From Octopus bimaculoides (Eukaryota), in NCBI RefSeq assembly GCF_001194135.2, contig NC_068985.1, positions 80,263,166 through 80,297,469 on the forward strand: a DNA stretch of 34,304 nt, in the 5' to 3' direction. This document shows positions 22,008 to 32,570 of the stretch, one piece after another. The translations under genes were made by a program, and so were the position numbers. The stretch's first letter is position 1. Every line of letters begins with the position of its first letter. Below the pieces are notes generated by a model. The model was not told the DNA's origin and searched no databases. It saw only the letters and a program-made list of their open reading frames with translations.

Positions 22008-22702
22008 NNNNNNNNNNNNNNNNNNNNNNNNNNNNNNNNNNNNNNNNNNNNNNNNNNNNNNNNNNNNNNNNNNNNNNNNNNNNNNNNNNNNNNNNNNNNN
22101 NNNNNNNNNNNNNNNNNNNNNNNNNNNNNNNNNNNNNNNNNNNNNNNNNNNNNNNNNNNNNNNNNNNNNNNNNNNNNNNNNNNNNNNNNNNNNNNNNNNN
22201 NNNNNNNNNNNNNNNNNNNNNNNNNNNNNNNNNNNNNNNNNNNNNNNNNNNNNNNNNNNNNNNNNNNNNNNNNNNNNNNNNNNNNNNNNNNNNNNNNNNN
22301 NNNNNNNNNNNNNNNNNNNNNNNNNNNNNNNNNNNNNNNNNNNNNNNNNNNNNNNNNNNNNNNNNNNNNNNNNNNNNNNNNNNNNNNNNNNNNNNNNNNN
22401 NNNNNNNNNNNNNNNNNNNNNNNNNNNNNNNNNNNNNNNNNNNNNNNNNNNNNNNNNNNNNNNNNNNNNNNNNNNNNNNNNNNNNNNNNNNNNNNNNNNN
22501 NNNNNNNNNNNNNNNNNNNNNNNNNNNNNNNNNNNNNNNNNNNNNNNNNNNNNNNNNNNNNNNNNNNNNNNNNNNNNNNNNNNNNNNNNNNNNNNNNNNN
22601 NNNNNNNNNNNNNNNNNNNNNNNNNNNNNNNNNNNNNNNNNNNNNNNNNNNNNNNNNNNNNNNNNNNNNNNNNNNNNNNNNNNNNNNNNNNNNNNNNNNN
22701 NN

Positions 22703-22748
<46 letters not shown>

Positions 22749-22786
22749 TGTATGTGTATATATGCATATATAATTATATGTGTGTG

Positions 22787-23083
22787 TATTATTTAATAAG
22801 CACAATATATGTATTTATGTCCTACTATTAGTTTCATGGTTTCATGTGCTGTCAGCATGCCAAATAGTGCTTTTTAACACATCTGGTGTCCTAGCACAAT
22901 TATCAGATACTGCCTACATAGCATAATGAAATAAAAATGGGACGATAGTCCATTATGTCCTGCTGGCAGTGTCTGATTATTGTGCTAGGGCAACAGACGT
23001 GTTAAAAACACTATTTGGCATGCTCTCGGCACATGACACTAATAGTAGCACATAAATACATATATTGTGCTTATTAAATAATA
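22787..23083. mobile_element. ~297-bp foldback palindrome (MITE-like), TA at both ends
   Basis: Left arm tattatttaataagcacaatatatgtatttatgt.ctactattag..gcatgccaaatagtg..ttttaacac..ctagcacaat..tcaga.actgcc..cataatg mirrors the right arm; central hairpin AATGGGAC-GATA-GTCCCATT. Confidence 0.85.
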
Positions 23084-23139
23084 TTTATCTCTCACCAGAT
23101 GGAGTACTTTTTGTTGATTTTCATATCACGGAATAGTAC

Positions 23140-23201
<62 letters not shown>

Positions 23202-23584
23202 TTAAACTCATATATGCTTGTATGCTCTTAAAATAGTTCGATAGCTGTTTCCTTTGTTTGTGTTCTGGCTACTTATAATTCTATTTAATCCATTTATCTT
23301 TTGGACTGAGATTCGTACTAGGTTTAAAGAGAAAAACGTTATTAATTTGTATTTAATCATTTATTAGTCATACAAAAGATTTTTAATTCAACAGTCAAAT
23401 TTATAAATTGTAAAGTAGCTCTGCATACATCTTCCTTCAGTAATTTGAACAAATACGATGGAGGTTTCCGCTTACGATTTCACAAACAGAAATGAAAACC
23501 AATAATCGGAATTTTAAAATTGCCGTTTCCGTTAGCGGTACAACGACAATTGGATTAATAAATTCGGTTAGCCTCTTTCTGGAG

Positions 23585-23765
23585 AAAAAGTACAATCGAT
23601 TAGATCAGATCTAAGACTTGCTCGATACTTTGTTCTATCGATCCGAGAAGGTCAAAAAGCAAAGTAGACTTCTGTAAGTTTCGAACGTAGAACGTAAAGA
23701 AATTGCTTCAATGCACAGTGCCATGTTTAATCCACTGATCCATTGATTCTGCTAATCCACCACTG
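23585..23765 (-). mobile_element. Very degenerate SINE family A
   Basis: ctatcgatccgagaaggtcaaaaagcaaagtagac..cgaacgtagaacgtaaag..gattctgctaatccacc parallels the reversed family A. Confidence 0.6.
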
Positions 23766-24206
23766 TCGTTTGTCCGACACTATACCAAAATTTTTATTCC
23801 GCAATCTTTGTTTATCTGACACCCTAGTGGTCCCAGCTAGCTACCACCCTCATTTGGATTACTTAAAGAAAATAGTTTTTTCTTGTTTTGTATTGTTTTG
23901 TTTTGTTTTAAACAATAATAATTTCGTGTCACTATACAAATGTGAATAAAACGAACCGCGAAACCAAGAAAGTATACTAACTTTGCGACTGAATTAAAAT
24001 CAATGTGATATCTAAGAAATAAGTTCATTTTTTTTTTATTATTCCATTGAAAACGAATGCAATTGCCTCTGTAAATTCATTGATCGATATCTATAAGTTG
24101 CGACGAAGTCTATTCAGAAAATAGCTATATTAATACATGAGTTCATCTTTTGAAAGCTTGAACATTTGGCAGAATAAGATATGACAATATTGACGTATTT
24201 CTCATT

Positions 24207-24252
<46 letters not shown>

Positions 24253-24992
24253 CGGCAGCAGTGGCAGCAGCGTGAGTGGCAACACCAGCAATAAAATAGT
24301 TGTAGCAGCAGTAAACTGCTAAACATTGATAATACAACCACACAGATTAGCAAGTAGGATACATAATATTGAAACTCCATAGACAGAAGACAATACAGTG
24401 GATCTGGAGTGGATAGAGCTGCAAGATATAGATAGAAGTAAAGTTATGTAAATAAGGAGCCGTTTGGTTGAGATGAGAAATGAATATTTTGATACAGTAA
24501 AAAAAATTAATTTAAATAACAAAAATGTTATCAATATAGTACCAAACAAATGGCTGTGCAGAATTGTAATATTAGAACGGAGCAGAATAAGACGAGGCGC
24601 TAATGTATGTGACTACAAGAATTGTCTAAAAAGCAAAGATATCACATTGCACAATAAGTTTTGTTAACCACGCTTATCGGTGTACAACCTAAAATGATAT
24701 ACGAGTTGTGTTCAAAAACGTCTAACGCTGCGTACTTGCGACTGAAATGCAGTGTAAGGATGGTAGTCTTGACTTTAATTTTATTAGTAGCCATATGACA
24801 CCACCTCAAATGATCCAGATACACGTCCTACACGTACTAAAGTAGATATTATGTTAAAGTATATAAAGTAAATAAAGTGTTAAACACTTCAGTTGTGCAA
24901 ATTAGTGACTCCAGTTTTTCTGGAGCTATTGGATTTGATGTGTATGTAAACGGATGGGTTGTTTGTTTTTCTGGGATTGGTCAAGTGATGTA

Positions 24993-25038
24993 GACTCCTC
25001 TGATGAGACACTAATACGGGTCGAAATTGATTAAGGTC
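24993..25038 (+). ncRNA. Candidate type I hammerhead ribozyme (PLE pseudo-LTR-like)
   Basis: GACTCCT-CTGATGA-GAC[ACTAATACGG]GTC-GAAA-TTGATTA-AGGTC: intact core boxes and stem II; stems I and III are imperfect. Confidence 0.45.
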
Positions 25039-27197
25039 GTTCATTTGGTCTGTTTGTTTGGTTTTTTTTTTGGTGGCTGGGTGTCAATTTGCAGGGGAAT
25101 AGATAAATTTGTCATGTTTGTACGTCTACTACGTAGATTTACATTTATTTGGTGCACTTGGACAGTTGTTGTAATTTGAACAATGAAGGATTTGTAAGAG
25201 CATATTTATGTGAAATCCTGTCTTGAATGCTGTAAGATAGTTATGGAAGAAGTGTTTGAGATGTGGACAATGTCACGAGCTGTTTTTGCATTCAAAATCG
25301 AAAATAACTTTCACCTAAAACGATCCTAAATCTAGAAAACGTTTCACAACAACGGGCAATATCCACTTTAGGTACGTACGCACTGAGATCCGTGAGAATT
25401 GTTGCCTGACTCTATGGAGTTTCCGAATAAGTAGTCATGTGTAAAGGTTAAAGCCACATGATTTTTTAAAACCTTCGGGTTGCCGCAAAGTTTGCGCTGC
25501 GTTTGCTGACAGATGAGTAAAAGAGAACCAAATCACAATCAGAAGCTGCACGATCGTTCAAATACTGTAGAAAACATTCTGAAACGTGTTTCATAACAAG
25601 TGACGAAACAGCTGTTGAGCATAATTACATTACATTAAATTAAAAGCTGTGTTTACCCAAATCATCAAGAATATCGTACCATGGAAATCCGAAAGACTGA
25701 GATAGCAAGTAAATAGGTAGCACGTAAATAATCAGATATATCAGCATGTGTGTGTGTATAGCCACATAATATGTATGTGTGATAAAAAGGGTAGGGTAAG
25801 AGTACAAGAGAGAAGGAGAGGTGTAAATAGAAAATGGGGGGGGCAAATATAAGGCCGTGCATGTTGCTAAGTACGGCTGTTAGGTAGGTAAGTAGGTTGA
25901 TTTGTACGCTACAAGAAGAATATCTTGGCAGACGAACACATAAATGAGGTGTCTGCAATACATCGACGCCGCCGCCGCCACCACTATCACCACCACCGCC
26001 GCCGCCGCCTCAAAAACCGGCATCGACCACAACATCTAGCGTCACCATAACAACAGCAGAGAGCCAACAAAGTAGCCCCCATGTGGTTCTTCGACTTGCT
26101 AAGAATAACAGCCAAATGTCTCACGTATCACACTCTACTAGTTAAGAAATATAAAATGAATTAAAAGGATACACAACGTCTGATATGATGATGGCATATT
26201 TATGATTGAAATGTTTTTGAACATTGGCGTGCCTAATGAGGAACGGCCTAGGGCTATATACAATGGTAGTAATAGTAGCAGCGAGAAATACTGCCGTCAT
26301 GGCAGATTTCTGTATATATTAATCTGTTGAAAGAAATTTATGCATGTCTGTGTTTTCTCCTATTTAGCTGATTACAGCCAGCACAGACTTCTGAAGAACC
26401 CCGTGAGAAATACGTGGTATTTGGTATCTAAAAGAAGAATTATGTGCGTGAGTGTACGCGTTTGTGTGCGCGTGTGGTGGGGGAGACAGGGAAAGAGAGA
26501 GCGTGTGTGTGTGAAAGAGAAAGGTGTGAGATAGGTTGTGAGGCTGGGGAGAAAGTGATAAAATAAGATTCTTCCGGGAAAGTGTGGTCTGTAGGGGTTG
26601 GGATTTTTTTTCCATGCAAGAAAATTCTTTACCGTTTATAGACTTGAGCGCCGTTGTTATTACTATTATCATTGTTTTTATTATTATTGTTAATGATGAG
26701 TTACTCAAGTCGTTTCTTGTTGTTGTTGTTGTTCTTCTTCTTCTTTTTCTTCCTCCTACATCTTTCATTACTTTTCAATGTAATGATATAATCACGTAGT
26801 AACAATGATTTAGATGTCTATAGCCACCCTCGCTCCTCCTTTCATTGCACATTCCTAACCTTATGGTAAAAAAAAAAGTTAAGGTAATAACACTCAAACT
26901 ATCCAATATCAGTCCGCCACCGTTTTTATTAACGAGGAGACAAATTAGAATTTACAGCCAAATTAATTCTGTCTTGTTGGACAAGTTTCAAGAGTATAAC
27001 ACCATCTTCCTTTTACTAAGCATGGCTATTTGTCTGCCCCTATTCAATTCTCTCAAATGTCACCCATCAATCACTATGGTCATGTCCCTTTGCCTAAGAG
27101 AAACTCGGAGTTAAGATGTAGTTATGTTATATTCCATGATTTGTAGCTTTGAAAGTTCCATGTCACTTTACTCCGAGTCCGAACACTAGCAACACTA

Positions 27198-27345
27198 GGC
27201 TCAGGCATGGTTGTGTGGTTAAGAATTTCGCTTCGTAGGCATGTGGTTTCTGGTTCACTCTCATGTGCAGCACTTCAGGCGTATGTCTTCTTCTATAAGC
27301 CTGAGCCGACTAATTTCCTCGGAAAGGAATTTAGTAGAAACTGTG
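27198..27345 (+). mobile_element. Degenerate SINE family B head
   Basis: ggctcaggcatggttgtgtggttaag..tctggttcactctc..gtcttcttctata.gcctgagccgac..agaaactg parallels 11798-11950. Confidence 0.6.
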
Positions 27346-27926
27346 CAGCGATCCGTCACACGCGCATACACACGCACACACGCTCACATATGCCTGAGCC
27401 TAAAGTTTCTTGTTGTTGTTCTTATGAACAAAGGTATTCCAGTCGTAACCATACCAACTCCAATTTTTCATGAGTATCTGTGGAAGACTACCTTATGTAA
27501 TGTGATGTTTTTGAGAGCGAGAGAGATTTAGCTGTTATTTCTAGCGGATTGAATAACCATGTGGAGATTTACCTCTTCGTTCTGTCTGTAATCTGTTGGG
27601 GTCGTAATCTGATTTTATCTTCTTACGGATTCGTTGGTAAGAAATTATAACGCAATGGTTCAAGGGCACACTGTAGTAATTCGATAAGTAAATGCATGTT
27701 AGAAAGAAAATGAAACAACTATCATCTCCATTATGCACTCCACCACCACCATCACTACCACGTGCAGACTGGATGTTGTGTTAGAACACAGAATACTGCG
27801 TTAATTATCTTGAGAGTACTTGTCATATGCACTCGTATTTACATCAACAATCCACGTTACGTTGGAGGTAAAGATTGCCTTTTGATATTAATACTACTTC
27901 TGTCGCGATTAATTATTTTGTAATAA

Positions 27927-28114
27927 GCCCACTGGTTATCTGCTACATCAGTGTCTGAGCAAACACTGGAATTCTATATATTGTTGACGGGGAGATTCGG
28001 CCATTATGTCACTACCGGATATCTGCCACTGAGGAGACCAAGCAGAGCGGAATCACATAGTCTGGCAGTTCCGGCAGCTGTAGAAGAAGACGGTTTTCAC
28101 CTGTCAACTGTATA
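27927..28114 (+). CDS. Candidate coding segment ending ...GRFGHYVTTGYLPLRRPSRAESHSLAVPAAVEEDGFHLSTV*
   Basis: 62-codon stop-free frame of non-repetitive, GC-richer sequence; the best acceptor is weak (ctacatcag at 27951); a competing minus-strand exon reading exists. Confidence 0.25.
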
Positions 28115-28657
28115 AATACGAATGCCGTTATGCGTCACAAGTCCATATGAAAGGTTCTCACAAGATAAGTAGCACAGTATACTATTTTACTGCTTTTACA
28201 AGGTAAGACTTATTATTTTATTTATCTCGTAATCAGTAAGGAAGGCAGTGTCCATGTCTCTACTCAGGGCCTCCGAGAGTGGTCGGAAGGAGGGATTTGA
28301 GGAAAGTATCCTCAAACAGGAGCCCTGGCCCGAATGCTTGCAAAAAACAGTGGACTTCGCGAAGGTACACAAGTTGCTAAGTGGCTGTTTGGTAATTTAC
28401 ATTTTAAGCTCATGTCTTGCCAAAATAGATTTTACTGCTTTTTATCCTTCTGTGACCAATAGAATAGGTATTAGTCAAAAAGTGGTATCGATTTAATTGA
28501 CTATACATCCCCTATCCCATTAAAATCTATGTAACAGTGGGAAACTCAGAATTTATGAAAGTGTTCAAATGCTGCCGAGGTCGAATTTGCCTTTTATCCT
28601 ATCGGAATCGATAAAATAAGTACCTGTCAGGATCTAAGGCTTACCAGTGAGAGAATG

Positions 28658-28756
28658 CAATATATGCAAACATTTTCCAAGATTCCAAGAAATTTCTAGC
28701 CCTGGTAACCGCACCCAGAAATTCTTTAGGATCTTAGAAAATGTTTGCAGATATTG
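28658..28756. other. 99-nt hairpin with 40-bp arms and a 19-nt loop
   Basis: Arms 28658-28697 and 28717-28756; manual pairing gives 34 Watson-Crick, 2 G-U and 4 mismatched positions. Confidence 0.8.
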
Positions 28757-28851
28757 AAGATTAGCATTCATATTTAGAAGACCTGAAAAAAATTGTGTAC
28801 CCTAGATAAAATGTTCCTCAGAGGCCCTAACTAGAGCGCCAGAAGTGATTA

Positions 28852-29133
28852 TTAAAATAGTTCTGCTTTCCATGGACAATTTAAGAAGATACTTAGTCGT
28901 GGAAGAAATCCCAACACTGGTTTGAAGTTAGTCCGGCTGATCTCTCTTTTTCTGTCCACGAATTTGGTGGGGAGCCGAAAGATATTTTGCACCCGCTGAT
29001 AAAATTTCGCAGTGGCCCAGTTGGAATGGTGAAATTGCAGAAACGAGAGTCTACAGGACTCGGTCAACAGTTGTTTTAACCCTCGACCTCGTTTGTTTCC
29101 ACTATCATTAGTAACTGAGAGAATACCTTCCAA
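28852..29133 (-). mobile_element. Possible degenerate LINE apurinic-endonuclease fragment
   Basis: QFHHSNW and LPTKFVDR loosely resemble the GDFNxHHxxW and PTRxxDR motifs of CR1/Jockey APE domains; weak. Confidence 0.2.
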
Positions 29134-29640
29134 GTGTTAATTCAGTTGATCGTATTCTGACTCCCAAAATTTGTGTATTTACGTTCTTGTAACAAGAAAT
29201 CACCATAATTTTATAGTGAGGTTTTGGTAAGTGGCTAAGATATTAGAGTATTGGGCTAAATGCATTACAAAATATAGTTTCATGGACTTGATATTGTAAC
29301 AAATTATTTTTCTGAGTTTTTGAGACTTTCATACCAGGTAATAAAATTTCTCAGAAGTTCTGACTAGAACAGTGGAATGGAAAAGGCGATATAGTGTGCA
29401 GGATTCAGTCAATAGTACTTTTAGTCTTCATTCCCAGTAATAGATAGAATGTCTATCAAAAACTAATTCAGTCGACCATTCTACATTTTCCTCCTATCTA
29501 CAAAAACCTGTTATTGAAGCAACTAAGTGATCATTGTCGTTTTGGAGCAGTGTTGATAAATGGTGCAGAGGCGAGAATATTAAGTATGTTGGACTAAATG
29601 CTTTACAGAATGTAGTTTCATAACTTGACTGTGAAAATCT

Positions 29641-29756
29641 GAGGCGAGGAATTATTCATTATATTTTCATGTATTCTGGCTTGTGTCCTCATCTTGGTTG
29701 TTGTAGATAGTCACAACGCTTTGGCCGTTGTATCTTCCAGTCTTTCTTCAAGTGCT
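29641..29756 (-). mobile_element. Degenerate hammerhead-bearing pseudo-LTR-like relic
   Basis: Minus strand CAC-TTGAAGA-A-AGACTG..CGGCC-AAAG-CGTT-GTG..aagatgaggac..ataattcctc is colinear with the 3' half of the 32255-32570 element. Confidence 0.6.
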
Positions 29757-29814
29757 TGTTGTATTCAATAACGTGAATTTAATAAAGGGTTCTGTTTGAA
29801 ATTCAGACAAAATT

Positions 29815-29890
29815 CCTATGCACGAAGAAGATCGGAGGATGCAGCAGAAATGTTGTGATTATAACAGCTGAGGATCCCTAGTCTGAATAT
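29815..29890 (+). mobile_element. Second, more degenerate relic of the same module in opposite orientation
   Basis: gcac-gaagaag..cagca-GAAA-TGTT-GTG..ctgaggat. Confidence 0.4.
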
Positions 29891-29965
29891 ATCAGTGCCT
29901 GAAACTGACATACGAGTTCAAATATCATTAACGTCAACGTTGCCTTTTATCTTTCCGCCATATTA

Positions 29966-30116
29966 GTTTGTTGTTGTTTAGTCAAAGGCATTCCAGCTGT
30001 GATCATCCTGCAGTTTAAAAGATATATAGGACTAAATACCTTATGATGTCCTTTCCTAGTAGTATGTTATTTGAAGGAGATTTAACTGTTATTTCTAATA
30101 GATCGAACGACCACGT
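29966..30116 (-). mobile_element. Repeat family C, internally deleted copy
   Basis: Shares the (TTG)n tttag tail and the ttgaaggagattt..tatttcta..cgacca.gt motif with 9480-9690. Confidence 0.6.
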
Positions 30117-30160
30117 TTGAAAGTCTGGCTTTGTGCCAACATCAGAGACTCGTTATTTTT

Positions 30161-30292
30161 GATGGATGGATGGATGGATGGATGGATGGATGGATGGATG
30201 GACGGACGGACAGACGGACAGACAGACAGGCAGGCAGACAGGCATACAGGCAGGCAGACAGACAAACAGGCAGGCAGACAGACAGACAGATC

Positions 30293-30340
<48 letters not shown>
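30161..30340. repeat. Compound tetranucleotide microsatellite GATG-GACG-GACA/GGCA-GATA
   Basis: Seen directly. Confidence 0.95.
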
Positions 30341-30341
<1 letters not shown>

Positions 30342-31129
30342 CGTAACAGAGTCAGAAATCGAATGAATAGATGTATGCAATTAATAGTTAACATCTGAAT
30401 AATTAATTGAACTGACCTAAATATTCCATTCACTTTCGTATATTGATTTCTAATATCGGCGCAATGACACGTATTTTGGAGTGATGACACACACAGTTAA
30501 TAATAATCGACCCAGTACCTGACTGGTGATGAATTAGCAGAATCGTAACTGCGTCAAACGAAAATGTCTTACAAATACTTGCTTCGGTTCTTTCCGTTCT
30601 GAGTTCAAAATAAGCTTTATCTTTTATTCTTCCGGAATAGATAAAAATAACTGCCAGTCCAGGACATTAGCTTGGAAGAATTGTTGAAGCGTTGGACATA
30701 ATGTTCTGGTGTTATTTATTCTTGTTCTTTTCTATGTTCTTATCGCAGGCGTAGGCTTGGTGGACATGTTTCTATTCTGCCGAGAGATCGGTCGTTTCTG
30801 AAAGGGGGAAAAAGCCAATGAAAGAAACGGGAAACCACTTTTGTATTCTCTCACGAAAATTTCATGACGAACACAACTTTGCTGTATTTTTTCTTTACAT
30901 TGTGACTGCGTGAGAAGGTCTTGTGAACTGGTGTGCATCTAACCACCAGGAAAGGCAATGCCTATGTCCCTTCCCAGGACCTCCGAAAGTAGTGAGCGGA
31001 CGGAAGAAAATATCCTGAAACCGGAGACTTGATCCGAATGCATGCAGTAGAGATGCCTCCACAAGAAGTACTGGAGTTATTGGGTGTGGTGTTAAACCTG
31101 GTAACGGATTGAGTCTACCATCCAAGAAG

Positions 31130-31330
31130 ATCACTGCGGGATTTGAATTCAGAACGCAATGAAACGGAAAAAAATACCACAAGACATATGGTCCGATGTT
31201 TCTGCCGTTACTGCTAATCCACTGCCCCGGATTGGTACTGTTTTATCGATCTCCGAAAGGATGAAAGGCAAAGTTAATCTCTGCGGGATTAGAACTCAGA
31301 GTATCTCGTGTCAGAACAAATACTGTGAGG
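31130..31330 (-). mobile_element. Two adjacent degenerate SINE family A fragments
   Basis: gcgggatttgaattcagaacg..ctgctaatccac (head) and ggtactgttttatcgatctccgaaaggatgaaaggcaaagtt (body), both reversed. Confidence 0.65.
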
Positions 31331-31351
31331 CAATCTATCTAGTTACAAAGC

Positions 31352-31428
31352 AGTAACAACAACAACAAAAACAACAACAACAACAACAACAAAAACAACA
31401 ACAACAACAACAACAACAACAAAAACAA
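31352..31428. repeat. (CAA)n microsatellite
   Basis: Seen directly. Confidence 0.95.
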
Positions 31429-31853
31429 CTCGGTAGAAGGCAACAAGAAACCATCTTTGTATTCTACCGTGAAAATTCCTTCACAAACACAAACCGCTGT
31501 TCAAAGAAGCCAGCAAAGCTCGTTTGTCGAGCAAATGATGTTAAAAGAAACATTTGATTGGTACTTACTGTCTTGGTCCCCAATTGCTTTGGTAGGTTTT
31601 AACTCACGACTTATGAAATATGGCTGTAGTGGTGATGGCGGAGGTAGTGATGGAAGCAGTGGTGGTTATGGCGGTGATGGTGAAGGAGGTGGTGGTGTTT
31701 GTAGTGGTAGTGATACTGGAACATTCTCTGCCAGTTTCAACGATGAGCATTTTACTGCTTAATTAATTAAATTCCTATTCATAACGTGTGAGTAGCTGTG
31801 TAATCATTCCACAGACACGTCTACTTTCTTCGTAATCCTTGGACTCTAATAAA

Positions 31854-32070
31854 GTGGAGAACTGGTAGAATTGTTACCGTGCCAGACAAAATGCTTCGCA
31901 GTATTTCTTCCGTCTTTACGTCTTGAATTCAAATTCTACCGTGGTCGCCTTTGCCTTTTTCATCCTGCTTTCGAGGTCGACAAATATGTACCAGTCAAGT
32001 AATGAGACCGATAAAATCGACTGTTTCTCCCGCAAAATTTCAGATCTTGTATCTATAGTACAAAGGATTA
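31854..32070 (+). mobile_element. SINE family A, diverged full-length copy
   Basis: gtggagaactggtagaattg head, gaattcaaattct B box, ctttgccttttcatcc body, aaaatttcag..tatagtacaaaggattat tail. Confidence 0.85.
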
Positions 32071-32254
32071 TCAAAGCGGTGAGTCGGTAGAATTATTACC
32101 GGCGCCGGAAGAAATGCTTAGTGGCATTTTTTCTGGTTCTTTTCTTTGTGAGTTCAAATGCCGCCGAGGTCGACTTTGCCTTTCATTGTTTCGGGGTCGA
32201 TAAAATAAGTACCAGAAAATTACTGGGAACGATGTAATCGAATAGTTCCTTCCC

Positions 32255-32367
32255 AGTTCTATATTTAAGAGATGAGGAATTATGTACATTATTTACGGGC
32301 ATATGGCGTAGTGGTTAAGAGCGCAGGCTACTAACCTCAAGTTTCCGAGTTCGGTTCCAGACAGCGA

Positions 32368-32406
<39 letters not shown>

Positions 32407-32570
32407 TAATAATAATAATAACATCGAAAAATACCTTAGGAATGAGAACCCAGGTTCGAAATTTCCCCAAGACACCCGATGAAGGCTGGGGGCATATCAG
32501 CCGAAATGTTGTGTTAACAATAAACAAGATGAGGACAAATATCCGTCAAACGTAAATAATGTAAATAATG
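32255..32570 (+). mobile_element. tRNA-headed SINE carrying a hammerhead-like module, with an inverted terminal segment and a 12-bp TSD
   Basis: A box TGGCGTAGTGG (32304-32314), B box AGTTCGGTTCC (32348-32358), internal (AAT)n, second B-box-like GGTTCGAAAT (32453-32462), hammerhead fold, TSD TAGTTCCTTCCC (32243-32254) / TAGTTTCTTCCC (32571-32582). Confidence 0.8.
32471..32515 (+). ncRNA. Minimal type I hammerhead ribozyme fold; this copy has a core mutation
   Basis: GACAC / CCGATGA (consensus CUGAUGA) / A / GGCTG-loop-CAGCC / GAAA / TG / TT / GTGTT: stem I GACAC:GTGTT, 5-bp stem II, short near-palindromic stem III AA(T)GTT. Confidence 0.65.

Noticed and set aside
28756-28767. GAAGATTAGCAT, identical to a 12-nt stretch of U6 snRNA
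   Set aside because: No flanking U6 similarity; consistent with chance.
32297-32370. tRNA-like heads (also 7042, 11798 and family A) as functional tRNA genes
   Set aside because: No complete cloverleaf or acceptor stem, and each continues into SINE body sequence.
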